From NCBI GenBank assembly GCA_016699085.1, contig CP064958.1:196141-260140 (forward strand): a stretch of DNA of 64,000 bases. The letters are read 5' to 3'. Below the pieces are notes generated by a model. It worked only from the letters and a program-made list of their open reading frames with translations, did not search any database and was not told the DNA's origin. Of the stretch, positions 8,932-17,812 are shown piece after piece; within the stretch, counting starts at the first letter, position 1, and every line of letters begins with the position of its first letter. The DNA is from Candidatus Nomurabacteria bacterium. Lineage in GTDB: Bacteria; Patescibacteriota; Minisyncoccia; Phycocordibacterales; UBA9973. The position numbers were made by a program, and so were the translations under genes.

Positions 8932-10107
8932 TTATTTTTGTCGTAATACTTTATCGATCTTCCTCGCTATAGTTAGCATATCTTTTTCTTTTTTGCCTCT
9001 AGTTGTCTCAGCTGGAGTACCGAGTCGTATGCCTGAAGGATCCATCACACCACGAGGATCTTGAGGAATGGTATTCATGTTCACAATAATACCTGCACGT
9101 TCGAGGCGATTACTAGCGTCTTTACCTGAAACCCCCTCACCATTCATCCACGTATCCATGAGAATAAGATGTGAATCTGTTCCTCCTGAAATTATCCGCC
9201 AGCCGAGTTTTTGAAGTTCTTTAGCAAGTGCAGCCGCATTTTTAACAACTTGCTTGGCATACTTTTTATATTCAGGTGTCATGGCTTCTTTGAGTGCAAC
9301 TGCAACACCTGCAATATTATTCTCATGCGGACCACCCTGAAGACCTGGGATAATAACCTTATCGATTTTCTTATCAAATTCTCGCGCATCGCGCTTTACG
9401 AATATCATCGCCGAGCGCGGTCCACGAAGCGTCTTGTGTGTCGTCGTTGTGACAATATCTGCATATGGAAATGGTGATGGATATACCCGACCTGCTACGA
9501 GTCCTGCAAAGTGGGACATGTCGACCATAAGAAGTGCATCTGAAGCATCAGCAATCTCACGGAATTTCTTGAAATCAACGATTCGCGGATATGCAGTAAA
9601 ACCCGCAACGATAATATTTGGCTTTTCTGCGATAGCGATTTTCTTCAGTTCTCCGTAATTCAATAATTCAGTTTTCGGATCTACTTCATACGGCACCTGC
9701 TTCCAGAATTTACCTGTCATTGAGACACTCTGTCCGTGGGTCAAATGTCCACCGGAGGAGAGCTTCATACCCATGATCTTGCCACCTGGTGGTACAAGTG
9801 CAGCATAGACAGCAAAGTTTGCTGGTGATCCAGAAAGCGGTTGTACATTCACATGCCATTTTTCTGGTGTAAGTCCAAAAAGTTTGAGTGCTCGTTCGAT
9901 CGTCAAACTTTCAACTTGGTCAATAATACTATTGCCGCCATAGTAGCGTCGTCCTGGATACCCTTCAGCATACTTATTGGTAAGCTCTGAACCCAATGCT
10001 TCGAGCACATCTTTGGAGACATAGTTTTCTGAGGCAATCAAATTAATCACGCTTTTTTGGCGCTTTTTCTCCGCATCGATTAATTTTTTGATTTGAATGT
10101 CTTTCAT
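8932..10107 (-). CDS. glyA: Serine hydroxymethyltransferase
   Basis: LIASENYVS, TTTTHKTLRGPR, PLP-lysine context. 391 aa. Confidence 0.92.
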   Translation of the reverse strand: MKDIQIKKLIDAEKKRQKSVINLIASENYVSKDVLEALGSELTNKYAEGYPGRRYYGGNSIIDQVESLTIERALKLFGLTPEKWHVNVQPLSGSPANFAVYAALVPPGGKIMGMKLSSGGHLTHGQSVSMTGKFWKQVPYEVDPKTELLNYGELKKIAIAEKPNIIVAGFTAYPRIVDFKKFREIADASDALLMVDMSHFAGLVAGRVYPSPFPYADIVTTTTHKTLRGPRSAMIFVKRDAREFDKKIDKVIIPGLQGGPHENNIAGVAVALKEAMTPEYKKYAKQVVKNAAALAKELQKLGWRIISGGTDSHLILMDTWMNGEGVSGKDASNRLERAGIIVNMNTIPQDPRGVMDPSGIRLGTPAETTRGKKEKDMLTIARKIDKVLRQK

Positions 10108-10527
10108 TTATTTTCCAGTGCTCCCAAACCTGCCTTCACCTCGAACAGATTCAGAGAGTGCATCAGCTTCTTCCAATGTTGCAATCGTAACAGGGAAAAG
10201 TATAAGCTGAGCTATTTTATCTCCTATCTCTACGGTATATGCTTCCTTGCCTACATTCATAAGCTGGACGTTGTATTCGCCTCGATATCCAGCATCATAC
10301 ACTCCACCCATGGTGTGGAGACCTTTCTTGGCCATACCGCTTTTATCTTTAACGATGGCAGCATACCCTTCTGGAAACTCTAATGCAAATCCAACAAAAA
10401 ATATGTGCTGATCGCCTGGTAATAAAGTCATTGATTCCCGAGAATACATATCAAGACCAACATCTCCAGGATGACTATAGCTTGGTAACTTAGTATCCGA
10501 ATATAGTTTTTTTATTTTTAATAACAT
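10108..10527 (-). CDS. dut: dUTP pyrophosphatase (trimeric dUTPase)
   Basis: GDVGLDMYS, KSGMAKKG, GVYDAGYRGE and C-terminal RGEGRFGSTG motifs. Confidence 0.9.
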   Translation of the reverse strand: MLLKIKKLYSDTKLPSYSHPGDVGLDMYSRESMTLLPGDQHIFFVGFALEFPEGYAAIVKDKSGMAKKGLHTMGGVYDAGYRGEYNVQLMNVGKEAYTVEIGDKIAQLILFPVTIATLEEADALSESVRGEGRFGSTGK

Positions 10528-10565
10528 AGCTTAATCTTAACAAAAAAGTTGAAATAGTAAGATTT

Positions 10566-10595
10566 GACAAGTTATTTTTTAAAGTGTAAGGTGAA
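10566..10595 (+). promoter_or_regulatory. Candidate sigma70-like promoter for the thyX-like gene
   Basis: TTGACA, 17 nt spacer, TAAGGT, located upstream of the 10611 ATG in the divergent dut/thyX intergenic region. Confidence 0.25.
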
Positions 10596-10610
10596 GACAA
10601 ATTTAAAAAC

Positions 10611-12053
10611 ATGAATAACGAAACAAGTGACAATTCTTTTGTTGTAAATCTTGAAGCAAACGCACTTCACCGAAAAAATGCAATCGAGTTTGCAATAAAA
10701 CACATTTCAACTGATAAACGGATTATAGTTGTTGATGGTCTTGATCCTCAAGACAATGCAATGATTCAGGCAGTTTTATCTCGTGACCCAAAAAGTGTTC
10801 TCCCTCATCTAGAGAAACTCAAAAAGGAAGGTTCTGGAAAAATTATGGGACTCTTTTATGTAGGTTATGGCCATGGATCAATAGGTCAATGCGGACATAC
10901 AACAATCTTCTTTGAAAATGTCTCAATGCTGGTTGCGAAAGCTGTGCAAGATTCAATAATGTATATTGGGCAAGAATCAAGTACTCGTTATCTAAATATG
11001 TCATTGCAGGCAACAAAAAATCCCGCCGGAACAATCTTCGGAGAAAATCTGCAAAAAGAAAGCATGGATTTCTATGAACAAATTCTTGCTGATCTTATTC
11101 CAGAGCTTACTGCACGTTTCCCAATGCCTGAACATAACGAAACTGATGTAGACAAAATACAGAGAAAAGTAACAGACTACAAAAAGAGTATCAAAGCAAA
11201 AGCATTTGATATTGCGCGAGGTTTCTTGCCAGCTGGAGTAACTACATATGTTAGTTGGCATACTAGCCTTCAAAATGCTAAGAAGCAATTGGATTACTTA
11301 ACGCAACATCCTGTGGCTGAAGTATCTGTACTTGCAACACAAGCTATGCAAGCAATGAAAGAAGTGTACCCAGAAAGTTTTGGACACAAAGAACATCCAG
11401 AACAAACTGTCTATCTTGCTCATCTTGCTGGGAAATATGCTTATTGGGATTTAAAATATGATTCATTTTCTATTTTAAAGAATACGCTGAGCCCACATGA
11501 ATTATGTCAATATGAAGAATTAATGACGAAACGACCTGAGTACGCCGAATTACCTTCTTTCTTAAATGAATGCGGACAAATTCGTGCAACATTCCCACTT
11601 GATTTTGGATCATTCCGGGATATGCAGCGGCATAGACCATGGGTAAATAAAATGCCTTTGCTGCATACTGATTTCGGATTTTTTGAATGGTATTTGGAAC
11701 AGCTACCACAAGTACTTCGTAATAGAGCCGAAAAACATTTGGAGAAATTCGAAGCAAATCTCCAGGAAATAAAACTATCCCGAGAAGAGCTACAGAATTA
11801 CATACTTATGGGTTATACGGTGCAAACACAAACAACTGGCGGATTGCCACAATATGTGTATGTTTGCGAATTACGTACAAAGCAAACAGTACATCCAACT
11901 TTCAGAAAACCTGAACAACAAATGGCCACATACCTACAAGAGTGGTTTAAGGAAAACGTTGGATTTGATCTCCCATTATATGTAAACATGGATACGGATG
12001 AATTCAGTACGAAACGCGGAACACAGGATATTGTGAAGAAAGAAGTTATATAG
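10611..12053 (+). CDS. thyX: Flavin-dependent thymidylate synthase ThyX-like, tandem two-domain (pseudo-dimer) form
   Basis: N-half has GHGSIGQCGHTTIFFENVS and ESSTRY (matching the ThyX S-x-RY part) but lacks RHR. C-half has SFRDMQRHRPW (RHR present, serine part absent). 480 aa is about twice a canonical ThyX. Confidence 0.6.
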   Translation: MNNETSDNSFVVNLEANALHRKNAIEFAIKHISTDKRIIVVDGLDPQDNAMIQAVLSRDPKSVLPHLEKLKKEGSGKIMGLFYVGYGHGSIGQCGHTTIFFENVSMLVAKAVQDSIMYIGQESSTRYLNMSLQATKNPAGTIFGENLQKESMDFYEQILADLIPELTARFPMPEHNETDVDKIQRKVTDYKKSIKAKAFDIARGFLPAGVTTYVSWHTSLQNAKKQLDYLTQHPVAEVSVLATQAMQAMKEVYPESFGHKEHPEQTVYLAHLAGKYAYWDLKYDSFSILKNTLSPHELCQYEELMTKRPEYAELPSFLNECGQIRATFPLDFGSFRDMQRHRPWVNKMPLLHTDFGFFEWYLEQLPQVLRNRAEKHLEKFEANLQEIKLSREELQNYILMGYTVQTQTTGGLPQYVYVCELRTKQTVHPTFRKPEQQMATYLQEWFKENVGFDLPLYVNMDTDEFSTKRGTQDIVKKEVI

Positions 12054-12059
12054 AAAACA

Positions 12060-12094
12060 CCCGGGATCAACTGATCCCGGGATTTTTATTTTTC
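12060..12094 (+). terminator. Rho-independent terminator (possibly bidirectional)
   Basis: CCCGGGATCAACTGATCCCGGG hairpin followed by ATTTTTATTTTT. Confidence 0.6.
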
Positions 12095-12099
12095 TGTCT

Positions 12100-12696
12100 C
12101 TATTTGTTTTCTTCAATTAAAATAAGTGCGAAAAGTGCATAATTAGCTATATCCATATAATTTTGGTCGATCCCTTCTGAGCTACCCGACCCATTAGATT
12201 CCATTTGTCGAATACGGATAATCTTTACCAAAATTTCGTCTGTTATACTCGGTATTCTCATCTGTCGCCACGCTTCACCATAATCATGATTTTTCTTTTG
12301 CATTAATTCGAGGATTGCTTGGCGATATTTTTTAAATGAAGCTAGTATCTTTTCCTTACTAACTGACTCAGGAATGATTGTGTTACCAATTTCAAGCTGC
12401 ATTAAACTACAGATAGCATAATTAAGAATACCTTGAAATTCATCTTTGATCGAATTCCCTTTTCCTTCAACCAATTGCTCTTTCTGTATTTGCAATGACC
12501 GGATTCGATTGGCTTTAATAAACAATTTATCAGTTAAAGATGAAGGCCGGTACCAAAGAAATGATGCATTATAGTCACCTAATTTTGATTCAAAAATACT
12601 TTGAGCAAGGTCAAATTGTTCCTTGTACTGAGCATCCGTATTAGTTTTCATAAAAACAGTTTCACTAACATTATCTTGTTCAATGCAAAAAGTCAA
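12100..12696 (-). CDS. Hypothetical all-alpha protein, possibly a nucleotide pyrophosphohydrolase-like (DUF1599-like) protein
   Basis: 198 aa, motif HDYGEAWRQMRIPSITDEILVKIIRIRQME. Sits between thyX-like and dCTP-deaminase-like genes. Assignment is by weak recollection only. Confidence 0.25.
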   Translation of the reverse strand: MTFCIEQDNVSETVFMKTNTDAQYKEQFDLAQSIFESKLGDYNASFLWYRPSSLTDKLFIKANRIRSLQIQKEQLVEGKGNSIKDEFQGILNYAICSLMQLEIGNTIIPESVSKEKILASFKKYRQAILELMQKKNHDYGEAWRQMRIPSITDEILVKIIRIRQMESNGSGSSEGIDQNYMDIANYALFALILIEENK

Positions 12697-12699
12697 AAC

Positions 12700-12730
12700 C
12701 CGACCTTTTGGTCGGGTTTTACTCTAAAAA
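12700..12730 (-). terminator. Rho-independent terminator
   Basis: Minus-sense AAACCCGACCAAAAGGTCGGGTTTT. Confidence 0.55.
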
Positions 12731-12733
12731 AGT

Positions 12734-13879
12734 TTAGAGTATGAATTGTTTTGCGAGTCTGGCACCAATCTGCTTTGCATATGTTCCGCTTGTTTGAGCA
12801 TATAATTGGCTTGGAATATCCGCCATTTGCTCAAATTGCAATGATACAATTGGTTGTCCGTGATATAAACAGGTTTTCTCATAGACTCTAACTTCCAAAG
12901 TCATAGTATTACCCAATGTTTGATCATCAAAGCAATATCCAAATCCAGGATCAAAAAAACCAGCATAATGAGTTCTAAACTCCCCAAATCGTTCATCGAT
13001 TGCTTTTACTTCTGCGGCAAATCCAGGCGGAATCGAAATACGCTCAGGTGTGGAAAGGATGTAGAATTTATCTGGGTCAAGTTCAATATATTTTGCTTTT
13101 TTAATTGGCTCAAAATATTTTTCCCATGACAAACAACTTATACCTCCCAAAGGAACTTCTGTTTTTGCTTTCTTTGCTTCATACCCAATAATATCTGTTT
13201 CATCATGACCCAAGCAATCAACCGAGAAAAGAATGTACCCATGATCTCCACCGCCTGTAAGAAAACCTCCATCAAGCACTGGTTCATCGTACTGATTTTT
13301 CAGCATGTGAAATTTAAACTGCAGTGACATAATCTCAAGCTCTGAGAGTCGAGTATCACTTGTCATTATACGCAACTGACTAGCTGAATCCTTGCCTGGT
13401 ACATATGATATTGGAAATACTTGGGGTCGTAATAAATTCCAATGCTGACCAGACCACCCATGTGGAATTGAATCATATTGAGCAACACTATCTGCAAGTA
13501 ATCTGGCATGAAGAAATGTTCTGCCGGTTGTAGACTTAGGATTTGCATATCCGTAAATCTGACTTGGAAAATTAAACATTTCTTCATGTAACACTAGATA
13601 CTTTTCCCCTGGAATAAGCGTGCCACCTTTATGACGTACACCACCCATTTCATTTTTTATAAGCTTGTACACACTTTCTCCTGGCTTAGGAAATATTACT
13701 CTTTTGATTTTATAGCACTCTTCACTTAATACCAGATCAAGAGATGCTGGCCCAGGTGTTACTTTTGAATTTCGTATGAAATATGCTTCTTTCATTGCAT
13801 TTATAGTCTGGTACGGCAAAGCTCCATGACCATCCTCAATAAGCCTTAATTCTTTTGTTTTCATAGAATTGATTTGCAC
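12734..13879 (-). CDS. dCTP deaminase-like protein, large duplicated-barrel (DCD family-like) form
   Basis: GFFDPGFGY matches the dCTP deaminase/dUTPase motif-3 pattern G-x-[IF]DPGF-G. 381 aa length is consistent with the long DCD-type proteins. Confidence 0.5.
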   Translation of the reverse strand: MQINSMKTKELRLIEDGHGALPYQTINAMKEAYFIRNSKVTPGPASLDLVLSEECYKIKRVIFPKPGESVYKLIKNEMGGVRHKGGTLIPGEKYLVLHEEMFNFPSQIYGYANPKSTTGRTFLHARLLADSVAQYDSIPHGWSGQHWNLLRPQVFPISYVPGKDSASQLRIMTSDTRLSELEIMSLQFKFHMLKNQYDEPVLDGGFLTGGGDHGYILFSVDCLGHDETDIIGYEAKKAKTEVPLGGISCLSWEKYFEPIKKAKYIELDPDKFYILSTPERISIPPGFAAEVKAIDERFGEFRTHYAGFFDPGFGYCFDDQTLGNTMTLEVRVYEKTCLYHGQPIVSLQFEQMADIPSQLYAQTSGTYAKQIGARLAKQFIL

Positions 13880-13950
13880 TCACCCTACCAAAAAAAACAC
13901 CTAATTACAAGAAATAGAAAAACGGCATCATGTATCATGATGCCGTTTAC

Positions 13951-14397
13951 TTATTTCGTGAATCCTTCGGGGATAGGTACTTCTTTTTCTGCGAAATATT
14001 TCTCCCATATTTTATTCAATTCTTCAATTATGTGAGATACATTCGTGTAACTCACAAAAGTGTAGTTATGCCTCTTCCTCTTGTACGTCCGCACAAAGAC
14101 ACTGCGTTCACCGTAACCCGCCTCAGAAATCGCGAGGACATATTTCTGACTGGCAGCGTGCATCGTCAGCATCCCTACTTCATTTGACGGTACCGTCATA
14201 ATTGAAACAACAATGTCAGCCTTTTCGATAAGGCCGAGTTTCACTTCAATAAACTTTTCATGGTCAAACATTTCAGGCATTGCGACAAATTCATATTTCT
14301 CTTGTTGCAAGATATATTCCTTTAACTCATTAATTTTATCCTGAAACCAGGGTTCAATTTTGCTGGTTGCATGAAGAAGAAGGATTTTTATTTTCAT
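13951..14397 (-). CDS. Nucleoside 2-deoxyribosyltransferase / DNPH1(Rcl)-like protein
   Basis: ADIVVSIMTVPSNEVGMLTMHAASQKYVLAI aligns with the DNPH1 core ADVVVAEVTQPSLGVGYELGRAVALGKPIL. 148 aa Rossmann-like. Confidence 0.5.
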   Translation of the reverse strand: MKIKILLLHATSKIEPWFQDKINELKEYILQQEKYEFVAMPEMFDHEKFIEVKLGLIEKADIVVSIMTVPSNEVGMLTMHAASQKYVLAISEAGYGERSVFVRTYKRKRHNYTFVSYTNVSHIIEELNKIWEKYFAEKEVPIPEGFTK

Positions 14398-14507
14398 TTT
14401 TGAGACAATTTTGTTCGGGGACAGTATAGCACCTACAATTTTGAGTGCAAGAAACCCGAAGCCTTTGGCTTCGGGTTTCTTTGTAAACTATCCTTTCCTA
14501 AAAGGAC

Positions 14508-15464
14508 TTAATTATACTGTTCAAGCACTTGCTCCTCAACATTTGAGATTTGTAGAATGCCACCAGAAATATCAGAGACTTTGACTCCACCTATCATTGC
14601 TGTTATGCCAATTTTGTAGGTCCCATTTTCAAGGGTTGTCGGAAGGACGACATTTTCAGATTTATCCATGATGGTACTTGAGACAACGGTGGTAATTTTA
14701 CCAGTTTGTTGATTGCTCATTTGGATTGTTCCTGTACTAGTACCTGCGATATTACACGTACTCCATCCCACATAAAGACCAGCACCAGCAGACGCACTTA
14801 GGATTTGACCTGGATTTAATGAATTAATTTTGAGTTGGGGAACTGATGGCTGGCAACCAGTGGTAAAAGAGAGAATTTCTCCTTGCTTTATTGTTGAACC
14901 ATACTTTGCATAGGCTTGGAAGTAATATGTTTTGTTGTTTTGAATCAATGCTGGTCCGATAAGAAATGCAGCAGTATTCATATTGCCTACTGCATAACCG
15001 GATGTTTTATGAGACAAGTTAGTTTGTGATGTTCCCCATTGAAACCATTGCTGAGAAGGCTTGGTGCCTGCATACGTGGCATTTAAGCTAGCCCAATCAT
15101 ATCCTACACCTGATACAGCCTTAGTAACTATAGTTCCAGCCTGACCAGTACTTCCTATCTCTCCTCCAGTTGTCTGACCAGATGTTGTTCCACTTGTACC
15201 AGATCCATTAGAAATAGTGCCTGCAGAACCAGAAGTTGTAGAGCCACCTGTTGTAGCGATACCACCCGCCCAGCCATCAAGTTCAGGATCACCTCCCTCA
15301 AGAATATCTTTTTTCCAATCATTATAGACCAAACCTTCCTGATTTGCCTGACGATCAGAAATATTGATAAATATAAAATATCCTGCGATTGCAATAATGA
15401 CAATCAAGAGAAAAACTCTGACCGAACTGTATTGTGGATCTTTAAAAAAATTCATAATAAACAT
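14508..15464 (-). CDS. Membrane-anchored or secreted Gly/Thr/Ser-rich protein
   Basis: N-terminal TM/signal segment, then a long low-complexity G/T/S region and a C-terminal beta-rich domain. Confidence 0.4.
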   Translation of the reverse strand: MFIMNFFKDPQYSSVRVFLLIVIIAIAGYFIFINISDRQANQEGLVYNDWKKDILEGGDPELDGWAGGIATTGGSTTSGSAGTISNGSGTSGTTSGQTTGGEIGSTGQAGTIVTKAVSGVGYDWASLNATYAGTKPSQQWFQWGTSQTNLSHKTSGYAVGNMNTAAFLIGPALIQNNKTYYFQAYAKYGSTIKQGEILSFTTGCQPSVPQLKINSLNPGQILSASAGAGLYVGWSTCNIAGTSTGTIQMSNQQTGKITTVVSSTIMDKSENVVLPTTLENGTYKIGITAMIGGVKVSDISGGILQISNVEEQVLEQYN

Positions 15465-15591
15465 TGCTCACATATATTTATGTGAGTACTAAATTAATAA
15501 ATAAATTTCGACGAGAAACATATCGTATGAATTGTAAGATATTTTGCATCCAGAGCACAATCATCGCTGTGGATAATAAAATTATGGCAAA

Positions 15592-15630
15592 AGTAAAAAC
15601 TGCCTTTGGCAGTTTTTACTTTTGCAAATG
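15592..15630 (-). terminator. Rho-independent terminator directly after rplK
   Basis: Minus-sense GTAAAAACTGCCAAAGGCAGTTTTTAC followed by TTTTGCC. Confidence 0.6.
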
Positions 15631-15648
15631 AGTTGTTAAGCTCTATAT

Positions 15649-16074
15649 TTATTTTACAATATCGATACCTGCTGACCGAGCTGAGCCTTCAACGATTTTC
15701 ATCGCACCAGCGAGGTCTTTAGCATTCAAGTCCCTCATTTTCTTTTCAGCGATCTGCTTGACCTGCTCTTTGGTAATCTTGCCTACCTTTGAGGTATTTG
15801 GTTTGCCTGAGCCTTTCTCGATACCTGCTGCCTTCATGATAAGACCGGCCACAGGAGGTGTTTTGACGACAAAGTCATAACTGCGATCTTCATAGACGGT
15901 AATGTGAGCTGTCACAGTCTCCCCGGCAAATTCCTGAGTAACTGCATTAAATTTCTGCACAAAGTCTCCTATGTTAATACCCGCTTGGCCAAGTGTTGGG
16001 CCTAGAGGTGGTGCTGGAGTCGCTTTGGCGCCCATTGCTCGAACTTTTACTTTTTTGATGATTTTTTTAGCCAT
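15649..16074 (-). CDS. rplK: Ribosomal protein L11
   Basis: PPLGPTLGQAGINIGDFVQKFN and L11 length. Confidence 0.93.
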   Translation of the reverse strand: MAKKIIKKVKVRAMGAKATPAPPLGPTLGQAGINIGDFVQKFNAVTQEFAGETVTAHITVYEDRSYDFVVKTPPVAGLIMKAAGIEKGSGKPNTSKVGKITKEQVKQIAEKKMRDLNAKDLAGAMKIVEGSARSAGIDIVK

Positions 16075-16120
16075 ATAATTATTGCGGAATAAGAAGCATA
16101 TCCGATTGCTCTACCTTACT

Positions 16121-16669
16121 CTAAATCTTCTTGACTTGCAAGAAATCAAGTTCAACTGGGGTTTCGCGACCGAACATTGAAACAAGGACTTTAATCTTAC
16201 CTCGCTCATGGTCAATACCGTCAATTCTGCCTTCAAGCTCTTTAAACGGTCCATCATTGATACGAACGATTTCACCGACATCGAGATTGATGTTGTGTTT
16301 AGCAGTCTTGGCGCCTTCCATCTTGCCGAATAGTGCAGTAATCTCTTCTTGATTTAGTGGCACAGGATTAACACCCGCACCAACGAACCCAGTAACTCGA
16401 GGAGTATTTCTAACCACAAACCATGAGTCATCAGTCACGATCATGTCGACAAGTACATATCCTGGATAGACTTTTTCTTCAACTTCGACTCGTTTGCCGC
16501 CTTTGATCTTGATTTTCTTTTCTGTCGGCACTATAACCGCAAAAATCTTATCATGCATACCGAGTGATTCAATACGCTGCAATAAATTACGCATAACTGC
16601 GTTTTCATAGCCAGAATACGTATGTATTGCGTACCAATTGCGTGTCCCTAATGTTTCTTGTTTTGACAT
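16121..16669 (-). CDS. nusG: Transcription termination/antitermination factor NusG
   Basis: NGN domain (WYAIHTYSGYE) and KOW (GEIVRINDGPFKELEGRI). Confidence 0.9.
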   Translation of the reverse strand: MSKQETLGTRNWYAIHTYSGYENAVMRNLLQRIESLGMHDKIFAVIVPTEKKIKIKGGKRVEVEEKVYPGYVLVDMIVTDDSWFVVRNTPRVTGFVGAGVNPVPLNQEEITALFGKMEGAKTAKHNINLDVGEIVRINDGPFKELEGRIDGIDHERGKIKVLVSMFGRETPVELDFLQVKKI

Positions 16670-16673
16670 ATAG

Positions 16674-16856
16674 TTAAAATGGAAGAATTGTTTCTAATCC
16701 TTTTGAGAACAAGAAGTCAAACAAACCTAAGAGGTACGCTAAAATACCAGAGATAATGAGGACAGCAATAGTTAAGAGAATTGCCTGTTGTCTGGTTGGC
16801 CAAATAACATGTTTGAGTTCTGCTTTTGTTTCTCGTAAATAGGTGATAATTTTCAT
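16674..16856 (-). CDS. secE: Preprotein translocase subunit SecE
   Basis: ITYLRETKAELKHVIWPTRQQAILLTIAVLIISG. The ORF is trimmed to the internal Met (MKIITYL). Confidence 0.8.
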   Translation of the reverse strand: MKIITYLRETKAELKHVIWPTRQQAILLTIAVLIISGILAYLLGLFDFLFSKGLETILPF

Positions 16857-16934
16857 ATTTATTAAAAACCGCCCCGGAGGGCTTAATACATTCATAGTAG
16901 CAAGCAAGCCTTCTGAAGTCAACATGCACAAAAA

Positions 16935-16966
16935 AACCGCCCTTATGAGCGGTTTTTTTGAAATTG
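16935..16966 (-). terminator. Rho-independent terminator
   Basis: AAAAAAACCGCTCATAAGGGCGGTTTTTTT hairpin with flanking T/A runs on both strands. Confidence 0.6.
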
Positions 16967-16969
16967 CGT

Positions 16970-17758
16970 TTATCGAATTTCGTAGGTAATCGTTACGCTT
17001 GAGGTTATTTTGTTCTCACCTGCTGGCAGCTGTGGTGCCTGAGATTCATTGGCAACACTATCCATAGTCATACCTCCTTTGGCATAGTACATAGGCATTG
17101 GATAATTGCCGGATTCACTAAAACCAACTACGCCGACAATTTTTACACCTAATTCTTTGGCAAGTTCGTCGGCTTTGGCTTTAGCGTCATTGATAGCATT
17201 AGTACGAGCTTCTGCCTGAAGAGCTGTATCATCATCAATAGTAAAATTTGGACCAATTATTTCTGTCATACCTGCTCTAACCAATGCTTCAATAACATCG
17301 CCTGCTTTGCCTGTATCACGAACCTTAACTTCGAGTGTCTCTCGGATTTCATAGCCTGTAATTTTTGGATTTGAAGGACACCCCCGATCATAGTAGCCAT
17401 AGCATGTCTCATAGACTGGGTTGGCCATGTAACTTATAGTTTTAACATCAGTCGATAAAATGCCAAGCGCTTCCACTGCTGCTAAAGCTTTTTCTTCTCG
17501 TGCAGTTGCATTGCTTTGTGCGTCACTAATAGTATTTGCTTTTTCAATAACAGTAAAATCAATAGTTGCAATGTCAGGAATTGCAAATACTTCTCCAGTG
17601 CCAGAGACATTAATTGTTGTTCCTGCAACCCCGCCTACATAGTGATAAGCTTTGGCGGTATTAAGAAACTGCATAAAAAGAAACAATACCAGAGCAACAG
17701 CTCCAGCTGTAAGGATATAAAAAAGTACTTTTTGTTCTTCGTGTTTTATGGTAATCAT
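16970..17758 (-). CDS. SIMPL-domain (DUF541, YggE-like) periplasmic protein
   Basis: N-terminal TM segment. Characteristic SIMPL layout: ...ISDAQSNATAREEKALAAV...GYEIRETLEVKVRD... Confidence 0.6.
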   Translation of the reverse strand: MITIKHEEQKVLFYILTAGAVALVLFLFMQFLNTAKAYHYVGGVAGTTINVSGTGEVFAIPDIATIDFTVIEKANTISDAQSNATAREEKALAAVEALGILSTDVKTISYMANPVYETCYGYYDRGCPSNPKITGYEIRETLEVKVRDTGKAGDVIEALVRAGMTEIIGPNFTIDDDTALQAEARTNAINDAKAKADELAKELGVKIVGVVGFSESGNYPMPMYYAKGGMTMDSVANESQAPQLPAGENKITSSVTITYEIR

Positions 17759-17812
17759 ATATTTTCTATGGCGTATGGAAGAATATTTTCTTACATACTG
17801 ATTAAATAATAA

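Noticed and set aside
14440-14490. Strong hairpin GAAACCCGAAGCC...GGCTTCGGGTTTC between two minus-strand genes
   Set aside because: Not followed by a U-run on the transcribed strand, so not called as an intrinsic terminator. It could be a processing or attenuation structure.
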